Source: a virus
Reading direction: 5' to 3' (one strand)
DNA length: 64,000 nt
Virus record (IMG/VR): IMGVR_UViG_3300035070_003528
Coordinates: 1 to 64,000 of that record
Shown: piece by piece, positions 46,827-55,215 of the stretch
Layout of the letters: each line of letters starts with the position of its first letter
Numbering within the stretch: the stretch's first letter is position 1
Notes under the pieces: model-generated
What the model was told of the DNA's origin: nothing
What the model saw: the letters and a program-made list of their open reading frames with translations, nothing else
Databases searched by the model: none
Program-made: the position numbers and the translations under genes

Positions 46827-48421
46827 TGTTCAAACAACTCGTTTAGTTCTTCTTCTGTGGCAATCGCTTTCAGGCCAGTCGTTATCTCATCAAATATATC
46901 CCTAGGAATAATATTTGTTTCAAACGGCCGTGCTAGAGCATCGCCCTGTCGTTCTAGATTGCGACGAGCCACAGTACGGTATCGTTTTAGTTCTGCCCGA
47001 ACCCCCTCTTGAACTGCTTTTACGTTAACTTCATTACCGATTGCCGGTTCGTCATTTCGGCTCATTTGATTTGTTATTGATTCAGGATCTTGAAAATCGC
47101 TGAGATTACCCACTTCCGGCGGTTTTGCTTGGTCGCGCCCAGAAACATCTGCAATGCCAAAGAACTGAGCCACGAAACTACTGTTTGTCGCCAGGGGCAT
47201 CGGCAAATCGCCAAGTCCTTCCATTCCCTCTGGATCAACCAACGGTGCATCACCATCGTTCTCACGCATTTCATTAACTGTTCGCCAACGACTGTAAATC
47301 ATGCTCTCTTGAATATTTAGCGCACGGTCGTATGTGCGGGGGTCTTCGTACATAGCATAAACTTCGTCATTGGGATAAAACCGCTTAATGACTTGGTTTT
47401 GGATATGATCTTGGAGCATGATAAACAGGGGATAATATACCTGCTCTTTGAGAATCTTATCCATTTCCTTAAGGCCTTCTCCAGATGTCAATCCATTACT
47501 ATGAATTGGGAAGCCGAAGAAAATCGTATCTATTTCATCACGATTCATCTGCTGCGCCAAGATGGTTTGTAGTTCATTTTGTGTAAAACCAAGCGACTTT
47601 GTATCAATCTGTCCCGCACGGGTTACGGCAATTGTACTTCCCTCGTCCTGCCAATCCCGTTTAATCTGTGCTTTGGCTACCTCGAAGTCTGCGGGTGAAA
47701 GGTCTGGATCTAGGCTAACTAAGGTCAGTGGCAATCCGCGATTTTCATTAAACAGCTTATCCTGAGACTTTTGTAAACCAAGTTGGATTTGCGCCGGAGC
47801 AATAGCAGCTAAAAACGGTGGCAAACTGCGCCAGTAGTCGGACGGATCGGCATATCGTATCCACAGAATATAACGACCGTCTATTATGATTGGTTTAGCA
47901 TCGTTCTCTCTGGGGAAGTAGGCGAATTTGGTGACGTAGTTATTTTTATCTTTAATTGGTTCTATTTGGTGAGAATTAATAGGCCAAATTTCGACAAGTT
48001 CATCGGAGTTATCCGTGTTAGGAGCAAGAAACGCAAATGCGCCCTTGCGACTGGTTTGCAGATGACTCATTAAATAACCAAGCAAATAACTTTTGGTCAT
48101 CCACGGGTTTGGGTTATGGTATATATCGAGGAACGGATGATCTAAGTCGTCAATCATCTTGCGCGACTCGCCTTTTCGTTTCATCCTGAATTTTGCTGCC
48201 CAAACATTTCTGTTTATTAGCTGAATATCAGCGTACACCCAGCCAATGATACTCAATAAACGAATAAGTTCTTCTTCTGTGTACGCATCCCAATTCACTG
48301 CCTGACTGTCATAAATGCTTACATCACTGCCAATATATCGTGGCACAGATTGTGTTAGTGCGGCTTTTGAGAACCGACTTACCATCCAATTGCCAACTGT
48401 TCCAAGAAAACTATCTGCCAT
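46817..48421 (-). CDS. portal protein (HK97 family)
   Basis: VYA.I, HPFL...PNPWM, EIWP, I...FG.P, TVNEMR; follows terL. Confidence 0.9.
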   Translation of the reverse strand: MADSFLGTVGNWMVSRFSKAALTQSVPRYIGSDVSIYDSQAVNWDAYTEEELIRLLSIIGWVYADIQLINRNVWAAKFRMKRKGESRKMIDDLDHPFLDIYHNPNPWMTKSYLLGYLMSHLQTSRKGAFAFLAPNTDNSDELVEIWPINSHQIEPIKDKNNYVTKFAYFPRENDAKPIIIDGRYILWIRYADPSDYWRSLPPFLAAIAPAQIQLGLQKSQDKLFNENRGLPLTLVSLDPDLSPADFEVAKAQIKRDWQDEGSTIAVTRAGQIDTKSLGFTQNELQTILAQQMNRDEIDTIFFGFPIHSNGLTSGEGLKEMDKILKEQVYYPLFIMLQDHIQNQVIKRFYPNDEVYAMYEDPRTYDRALNIQESMIYSRWRTVNEMRENDGDAPLVDPEGMEGLGDLPMPLATNSSFVAQFFGIADVSGRDQAKPPEVGNLSDFQDPESITNQMSRNDEPAIGNEVNVKAVQEGVRAELKRYRTVARRNLERQGDALARPFETNIIPRDIFDEITTGLKAIATEEELNELFEQWQ

Positions 48422-48436
48422 TATTAATCTCCGCGA

Positions 48437-50041
48437 TTACTCGATATGGATAAGACCAAATGAAAGAGGTACAACGCAGAACTCAATAGCAGCAAGGCAC
48501 AGCACGAATGCCATAGCTAGGTCATCGTGCATCCCCTTCGGTGCTTTATTTGTTCCGCTCTCTACCACACTCATTTGATCGTAAGTTTCTTCATCGTAAA
48601 ATATACAATCACCAGCCTTTAGGCGTTTTGCCGCTTCGTGAAAAGCCAGTGGTTTACTTGCGCTATTTTGTGTCCAACCCGTTTTTCTACTACGTTCAGA
48701 TGCCGCCCAGCCTTTCAACAGGCGCAAGTTACTGTTGTCCTGTAGCCAATTTTTCACGGTTCTCCCATGCTCATTTAGCTCGAACAACACAGCGGCACTA
48801 TTATAAAATCTTCCAATAAGGTCAATATAAAATGAAAATAAAGTTGGTTCAATGTGTTCGTTAAGAACAGCTACTTGCTCTTTTGTGCTTATTTTCATTA
48901 CGCTTAATGCGCTGTCATCGCTTGCAGCTAGTCCTTCTGCTGGATCGGCCGTGACGACATACCGTTCCTCTGGAATAGGCAGTTCGTAAATACGCAATCC
49001 TGGCACAATGGGCAACTCGTTTTCTTGCCCCATTTCATCAAATTCTTCTATTCCGTCACCAACAAGGCCGTCACCGCCCACGAACACAATTGGCTTGCGG
49101 GGTTGGTAGCACTTGTCTAGCCAAGTTTTTTTAAACCGTTTATTCACGCTTTTTGGTGCAAGTGCTTCTTCTGGATGGGCAGGGAATGTTTCGTAAATAT
49201 AATCCAACGTCCCGTCCATGTTTTCAGACAGTTCTTTTTGTTTCTCGTACCATTCTAATGTGCGACCTGGAACAACATCGTATGGAATAAAACTAGGCGT
49301 GTATTCCGTCTGCCCTCGCATTGCCCCTTTGTACAATTCTGTAAACGTACTTTGCGGTCTGCTCTTGTCCGTTTTACTGACAAGAAACAACTTTCCTTTT
49401 AACCCAACTGTTGGGGCAAGGTTCAGCAGCACTTGTTGAAGTGAAATATTACTGCGATACAATAGTGCGGCTTCATCAATTAGTACATGTGTTGCGGAAT
49501 AAGAATCCCCTTTGTGAGAGGAAAGCGCAAAACAAACAGAACCGTTGGCTAATCTCCATTCTGTCTTTGTGTCACGTACTGTTTCGCTACGCATCCAAAA
49601 CGGTAGCGATTCGTAAATCCCTTTTATCTTCTCCAGTAATTCTTGCGCCTCTATTTCACCGCGAGACAGGATTAAAATAAAAGCTTTGGGGCGAAATAAC
49701 ATCTCGTACACAAAATAAACCAATGCCAGTGTGGTCATGCCAACCTGTCGCGCCTTTAGGCACACAACACGATTGAGGGTATAGAATTTGCGAAGCGCAT
49801 CAAGCTGGTTATCGTACTCTACATCGGTATCCCACAGCACAAACGGGACAGATCGTTTCTCGTCATTGGAAAACACATAGACATAGTTAATAATCCAGTA
49901 AACTAGACCGAATGGCGTAGTTAGACTATCTGCCATGCACCTGTCTAGTTCTCTGATTATTTCCGGCTTACCATACCCGTTTGGGTCGCCGTCTGGACGT
50001 TCCGATACGTATTTTATGCCATCGAATGCATTGTTTCGCAT
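48437..50041 (-). CDS. terL: terminase large subunit
   Basis: LKARQVGMTT Walker A, LIDEAA Walker B, ADPAEG nuclease motif, ELNEHG, HDDLAMA. Confidence 0.95.
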   Translation of the reverse strand: MRNNAFDGIKYVSERPDGDPNGYGKPEIIRELDRCMADSLTTPFGLVYWIINYVYVFSNDEKRSVPFVLWDTDVEYDNQLDALRKFYTLNRVVCLKARQVGMTTLALVYFVYEMLFRPKAFILILSRGEIEAQELLEKIKGIYESLPFWMRSETVRDTKTEWRLANGSVCFALSSHKGDSYSATHVLIDEAALLYRSNISLQQVLLNLAPTVGLKGKLFLVSKTDKSRPQSTFTELYKGAMRGQTEYTPSFIPYDVVPGRTLEWYEKQKELSENMDGTLDYIYETFPAHPEEALAPKSVNKRFKKTWLDKCYQPRKPIVFVGGDGLVGDGIEEFDEMGQENELPIVPGLRIYELPIPEERYVVTADPAEGLAASDDSALSVMKISTKEQVAVLNEHIEPTLFSFYIDLIGRFYNSAAVLFELNEHGRTVKNWLQDNSNLRLLKGWAASERSRKTGWTQNSASKPLAFHEAAKRLKAGDCIFYDEETYDQMSVVESGTNKAPKGMHDDLAMAFVLCLAAIEFCVVPLSFGLIHIE

Positions 50042-50073
50042 AACGACATAATATCACAAACGTTGTCAATAGT

Positions 50074-50682
50074 CTATTGGTCTACTATTTTGTACTCACC
50101 CTCTATGCTCTCGTCATTTAATTGTGGCCTTGGTGGACTCAGTTCGGCAGCGTGTTGCTTATGAACCTCAAGATAATAATCAAACGAGAACCGAGTTTGG
50201 TCTATCTCGACCTTTTTGGGAACTTCGATAGGAACCAAGCTGGCCTGTTTAGTCATCAGCCTGTCCAATGCTTTGAGCAGCGTATCTTTTGCTTTTACAT
50301 AATGCCCAATGTCATTAATTGTTAGCCCATCATCATCTAAAAAATCAGCTAAGGTTCCTAATTCCTCAATATCTTCTAGCACATTGTTTATTTGTTCGTC
50401 AGTTTGGTCTAACTGTCTGACCAGAATCCCCTCTGCGAGTCTTTCTCTATTCTCTTTTGTTTCTTGTCGCACCGCGAGAAGATCTCGATAAGCAGTCATA
50501 TTTGAATAAGCAGGCATATGTTCAGCAAACCACGGTAATTTACGTGCTTCTTCTGATATACGCTGGTATGTCCAGTCATCATTAGGCCGAGCCATCATCA
50601 TTTCCATGATCATAGTTCGTCTTTCGTCAATTATTTTTTCACTCATTGTATTTGCGGTTGCCCCGCGTCTTTTTCTTGGCAC
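50074..50682 (-). CDS. terS: terminase small subunit (HTH)
   Basis: WTYQRISE...TAYRDL HTH followed by a coiled coil; directly upstream of terL. Confidence 0.65.
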   Translation of the reverse strand: MPRKRRGATANTMSEKIIDERRTMIMEMMMARPNDDWTYQRISEEARKLPWFAEHMPAYSNMTAYRDLLAVRQETKENRERLAEGILVRQLDQTDEQINNVLEDIEELGTLADFLDDDGLTINDIGHYVKAKDTLLKALDRLMTKQASLVPIEVPKKVEIDQTRFSFDYYLEVHKQHAAELSPPRPQLNDESIEGEYKIVDQ

Positions 50683-50761
50683 TTTATTACTATTCCTTTT
50701 TTATTGTAATCGTCTATGATTTATTGTAATACATAACGAACACCCCTATCAAGGACAATGT

Positions 50762-51052
50762 ATGATTAGTATACCAGAAAAGTTCTTATGCCCTAATTGT
50801 CTATCGTCACACAAGTTGGACGAAAACATGTTATTTGTTATAGACAGTCTGGAAATGCTAGACAATCCGGATTGGCATCCAATAATTTGCCCAACATGCG
50901 GCATCGATTTTATTATCACAGACGAATTTCGTTGTTTTATCCCAGATGAACCGACGATTGTTTCGGCTGAAACACAAAACGAGTTACTTGCCATGAAAAC
51001 AGTTGTTGCGGTAATGGGCGTATGGCGAACAAAAAAACCGGAGGCAAATTAA
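50762..51052 (+). CDS. Zn-ribbon protein
   Basis: CPNC...CPTC; stop overlaps the methyltransferase ATG. Confidence 0.6.
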   Translation: MISIPEKFLCPNCLSSHKLDENMLFVIDSLEMLDNPDWHPIICPTCGIDFIITDEFRCFIPDEPTIVSAETQNELLAMKTVVAVMGVWRTKKPEAN

Positions 51053-51495
51053 TGAATGTACTATCGCTTTTTGACGGAATGAGTTGTGGGCAAATCGCGC
51101 TACATCGCGCTGGGATTAAATTTGATAAATACTATGCCAGTGAAATAGATAAATATGCAATCGCCGTGACTCAGCACAACTATCCCAGCACAACCCAATT
51201 GGGTGATGTTACAAAATGGAGAGAGTGGGATATTGATTGGGAGTCGATTGGGTTAATTATTGGGGGATCTCCATGCCAAGGGCTTTCCCAATCTGGGGCT
51301 GGGGCTGGATTAAAAGACGAGCGTAGTGCATTGTTTTTTGTGTTTATGGATATACTGCGCCACGTACAATCATTAAATAGCAATGTGGTATTTTTGCTGG
51401 AAAATGTTGTGCCTCGTAAAAAAGAGTGGGCAGAGAACATGACGGAAGCATTATTTTTGGCGTATATGGGCAGCAATTGGGAAAGAGTTGACTAG
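51052..51495 (+). CDS. DNA (cytosine-5) methyltransferase, N-terminal half (motifs I-VI)
   Basis: LSLFDGMSCG, SEID, GGSPCQ, LLENV. Confidence 0.9.
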   Translation: MNVLSLFDGMSCGQIALHRAGIKFDKYYASEIDKYAIAVTQHNYPSTTQLGDVTKWREWDIDWESIGLIIGGSPCQGLSQSGAGAGLKDERSALFFVFMDILRHVQSLNSNVVFLLENVVPRKKEWAENMTEALFLAYMGSNWERVD

Positions 51496-51523
51496 TATCG
51501 GCATCTAATTTATAATTACTGGT

Positions 51524-52171
51524 ATGATTATAACTAAGAAAGTATTCGCAACCGTATCCGGCAGAAATAAAAAGCACTATGAGGAAAAGGGATACAATCT
51601 CCCTTACAAAAAAGATAATCGGGGAAGAACCGGTATACCAAAGGGTACGCAAATCGAAGTCGATGTATTAGATATACATCCATCGAGCCAGATTAAGATA
51701 CAATATAAATGCGATGATTGCGGAAACATTTCGGAAGTTCCGGCTCAATCGATTTTTTGGAGAAAAAACAGCCAGTATAACAAAACCGGAGAAACAGTAT
51801 GTAGGTCATGTGCAAACAAGAGGATGTCTGGAGAAAACAGCGGAAACTATAAACACGGTAATATTCGCTATCCAGAATATGTATCAAATGCCAGAAAAAG
51901 GGGCATTGAGTTCTCGTTATCCGTAGAAGAATTCGAGGAAATAACAAGCCAAGAATGTCATTATTGCGGGGGGGTTTCTGTCGATAGAAACCCCAAGAGT
52001 CGGGGGCAGGGGATTGACAGAAGAGACAGTAATCGCGGATACGAATACTCCAACTGTGTTCCATGTTGCGCGACGTGCAATTTTGTCAAAAATTCTATGC
52101 CATACAACGAATTTATTCAATACATTAAGGACTTATACACAAAGACAAAGGACTATGAAATTCAAGAATAA
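51524..52171 (+). mobile_element. HNH/His-Cys homing endonuclease splitting the methyltransferase
   Basis: CHYCG...GIDRRDSNRGY...NCVPCC..CN..K. Confidence 0.85.
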
Positions 52172-52844
52172 AACAACCGGAGAAATGGTCGAGTGGAACT
52201 ATATCGGCATAAACTCAGCATTGCTTTCCGCACAATCGAGAAAGAGGCTGTATTGGACTAATATCCCCAATGTTGAGCAACCAGAAGACAAAAATATATA
52301 CTTGATTGACATCATCGAATCTGGACGGACAGATTCGATGAAAAGCTATTGCATTGATGCAAACTATTTTAAAGGTGGAAACCTAAAACAATATTTCGAG
52401 AAATCTCGCAGACAGCTTGTTTTTCAAGACAAGTCGCCCACTATTGTTTCCACAATATATAAAGAGAATCCCAAAAGTGTGCTACACAGAAAAAAGTTAG
52501 GCTTGCTAATTGGCGAACAAGTTCCAACAACATTCAGCCGACATGAAAAACTGTCTGGAAAAATATTGGATAAATCCCTTCCGTTAGAATCTAGCAATTG
52601 GAGAGGGTTAAATAGAAACCAAAGACAAACCGCAATTGCAAATATGATTGAATCTGGGGATGTTGTTATTAGAAAATTAACTCCAATTGAATGTGAAAGA
52701 TTGCAGACAGTAGATGATAACCATACCCAGTTTGGTGATTTTGGCGGTAAGATCAAAAAAATAAGTAATACCCAGCGGTACAAAATGCTAGGTAACGGAT
52801 TTACCGTAAGCGTTATTTCTCACATCTTATCTCTTATGATATAG
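52155..52844 (+). CDS. DNA (cytosine-5) methyltransferase, C-terminal half (motif VIII, TRD, IX-X)
   Basis: INSALLSAQSRKRLYW, RKLTPIECERLQ, RYKMLGNGFTV; own AAGGA RBS. Confidence 0.88.
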   Translation: MKFKNKTTGEMVEWNYIGINSALLSAQSRKRLYWTNIPNVEQPEDKNIYLIDIIESGRTDSMKSYCIDANYFKGGNLKQYFEKSRRQLVFQDKSPTIVSTIYKENPKSVLHRKKLGLLIGEQVPTTFSRHEKLSGKILDKSLPLESSNWRGLNRNQRQTAIANMIESGDVVIRKLTPIECERLQTVDDNHTQFGDFGGKIKKISNTQRYKMLGNGFTVSVISHILSLMI

Positions 52845-52890
52845 TGGGTGGATATTGTTTTGTAACGAATAGATAAAGGCCGGTAGGATA

Positions 52891-53541
52891 ATGATGGGAA
52901 AAATTTTATATATCTACAAGATAACAAATATAATAAATGGGAAAATCTATGTGGGAAAACACTCTGCAAAAAATATAGAGAATTCATATATGGGGTCTGG
53001 TATAGCTATCAGAAGAGCTATAAAAAAGTACAGACTAGATAATTTTCGCAAGGAAATTCTTTGTATTTGTGAAAACGAAAAAAAATTAAATGAAATGGAA
53101 ATTTTCTGGATAGCCAAAACGGGTTCTTTTAATGATGGCTACAATATGACCAAGGGTGGCGAAGGGGCGCTTGGGTATAAACCAACAGAGGATGTCATTA
53201 AAAGAGCCGCCGAGTCCAGAGCTAGATATTACGAAGAAAATCAAAGCGCCCGTGAAATCTTATCCGAAAAAGCAAGAGAAAGAATCGGTGAGAAAAATCC
53301 GTTTTGGGGTAAGCGCCTATCTCAAGCGCATATCAAAAAAATGACTCAAGCAAGAATTAGAGCAATAACCGGAAGAAATAACCCGTCTGCCGTTAGGGTA
53401 AAATGTATAGAAAAAGATATTGTTTTTGATACAGCAAAAGAAGCGGCAGAGTATTGTGGATTAAAATATTCGACCACAATACTCAAGGCCGCAAAGGGCC
53501 AGCTAAAAACAGCAGGAGGATACAAATGGGAACTGGTCTAA
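52891..53541 (+). mobile_element. GIY-YIG homing endonuclease with NUMOD3/NUMOD1-like tail
   Basis: YIYKITN..NGKIYVG, YMGSG, E..WI, GYN...GGEG, NPFWGK, TAGGYKW. Confidence 0.9.
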
Positions 53542-53543
53542 CC

Positions 53544-53606
53544 AACGGATGGACTGTTGATGTAATAGCTCATATCTTTTCGCACATGGAGAATCATGCT
53601 AATTAA
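53544..53606 (+). pseudogene. displaced original C-terminus of the methyltransferase
   Basis: Encodes NGWTVDVIAHIFSHMENHAN*, a paralog of NGFTVSVISHILSLMI* at 52794-52844. Confidence 0.8.
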
Positions 53607-54477
53607 TTTCGCGTATAACCCCCATCTCGTTAACAAGCCACCGAAGCTACCGTATGTAGCTCATCGTGCGAATTGGCGCAGGATAAATGGTGGATTTATT
53701 AACAAACGAGGTAGGCCAGAGACATTAGCGAAATTAATTAAACAGGGATACCCGTATACATCAGCGCATCGTCGGTATCGCCACAAGCGGAACTTCATTA
53801 AAGGTCAGGTTCTTTCTCTGGATTTCGATCATGATGGATTTGATACGTTGCTCAATGATACGTTCATCAATACCTATGCTTATTTTATCTACAACACGCC
53901 TAGTAGTACGGCCGATAATCCCCGTTCTCGCGCTGTGTTTGTGCTACCCCATGCAGTTGATCAACCAATTTTGTTTGGAGCAATGGCACAGGGATTGGTG
54001 GAAATGTATGGTGATGCAGACGAGAGTTGCAAAGACCCTGCTCGTATTTTTTTCGGCAGTTTAGATTGTAACATCGTCACGATTGGAAATGTTCTACCAA
54101 ACGAGTTGATGGAAGAAATCGCATCGGATGTATTGAAGCGAGAACAAGAACACCAGAGTTACGAGCCTATTGTTAATAACATCTCATCAGAAACAGTACG
54201 TGATGCTGTTATGCGTCAAATAGAAAGAATTCAATTCGCTGCCCCAGGTGAAAAACATGGCACACGGCTTGCTGTCGGAACTACCGTTGGCGGCTATGTT
54301 GCTGCTGGTTACTTGTCTTATCAAGAAGCAAGTAGCTATTTGTTACAAGCCGCTATAAGTAATACATCTGCCCCACGTCTTGCCGAGAAAGATGTACTTG
54401 ATGGACTTTCTTACGGCATGTCAAATCCCCTTTGTATACCCCCAAAAACGTTCGCTGATTACGGCATCGAAATTTAG
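53596..54477 (+). CDS. primase-polymerase-like (AEP) protein with helical C-terminal domain
   Basis: SLDFDH, TPSST...PRSRAVF, D.SCKDPARIFFG, PGEKH. Confidence 0.7.
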   Translation: MLINFAYNPHLVNKPPKLPYVAHRANWRRINGGFINKRGRPETLAKLIKQGYPYTSAHRRYRHKRNFIKGQVLSLDFDHDGFDTLLNDTFINTYAYFIYNTPSSTADNPRSRAVFVLPHAVDQPILFGAMAQGLVEMYGDADESCKDPARIFFGSLDCNIVTIGNVLPNELMEEIASDVLKREQEHQSYEPIVNNISSETVRDAVMRQIERIQFAAPGEKHGTRLAVGTTVGGYVAAGYLSYQEASSYLLQAAISNTSAPRLAEKDVLDGLSYGMSNPLCIPPKTFADYGIEI

Positions 54478-54537
54478 TACCCCCTAGCTCGGTTAGCAGT
54501 ATTATGTTACTATGGGTAAAAAAGCTATGGTAATATA

Positions 54538-55092
54538 ATGTGCATGGATGAAACCAAAACCAAGCTGGGGGAAATTGAGCGTCATTTAGAACAAACCGCC
54601 CAGAGACAAATAGAAATACTCAAGACAATCAGTCGCCTGGACAAGCAAAATAGCGAAACCCTCAGCGACGTTGCGCTGGTTCTCCGTGAGCAAGCGCGTA
54701 ATAACCTAGATACAAGTAGGCTGTTAAACGATTTGTCCAGTGAGGTTGCTGGTCTTGCGTTTGAGATTGAGGAACTAAAAAGCTGGCGCAGATTAACAAC
54801 CGGTGGTCACAGCTATGATTGGATTAGCGAAAGTCGCGCAGAACAAAGCCGTATGGCATACCGTGCGCTCAAAGATAGTTTTAACGAAACAGAATTAAGA
54901 GAAATCATTATGAATCTATCTATAGATCCGGCAGAAATTACTGGTGGCAGTTTGGCAGAGATGGCAATGTGGCTAGTTGAGCATTGCCGACGAAACGGCA
55001 AGTTCTGGAACCTTGTGAAAGAAGGACGAGTTGCTAGACCAATGGGGTTGTGGCCTGTCAGTACCGGAGAACTTGGAGGCAGCACATCATGA
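54538..55092 (+). CDS. coiled coil plus effector-associated (EAD, Death-like) domain protein
   Basis: C-terminal LKDSFNETELREIIMNLSIDPAEITGGSLAEMAMWLVEHCRRNGKFWNLV.....RP...WP matches the EAD pattern by eye. Confidence 0.6.
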   Translation: MCMDETKTKLGEIERHLEQTAQRQIEILKTISRLDKQNSETLSDVALVLREQARNNLDTSRLLNDLSSEVAGLAFEIEELKSWRRLTTGGHSYDWISESRAEQSRMAYRALKDSFNETELREIIMNLSIDPAEITGGSLAEMAMWLVEHCRRNGKFWNLVKEGRVARPMGLWPVSTGELGGSTS

Positions 55093-55215
55093 CAACCTTT
55101 CTCGCCCAAAGCGTTGAATACGTTCGTAGAACTAATGAGTTAATAAAAATACACAATGAGAAAACAAAAATACGTGTAGAATATTTACAAAAAGACTTAA
55201 AAACAAAGGAAAAGA

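Noticed and set aside
51480-52200. Group I intron or intein interrupting the methyltransferase
   Set aside because: Only ~30 nt of non-coding flank, no P7/core elements, no C...HN intein ends, and the downstream half has its own RBS and ATG.
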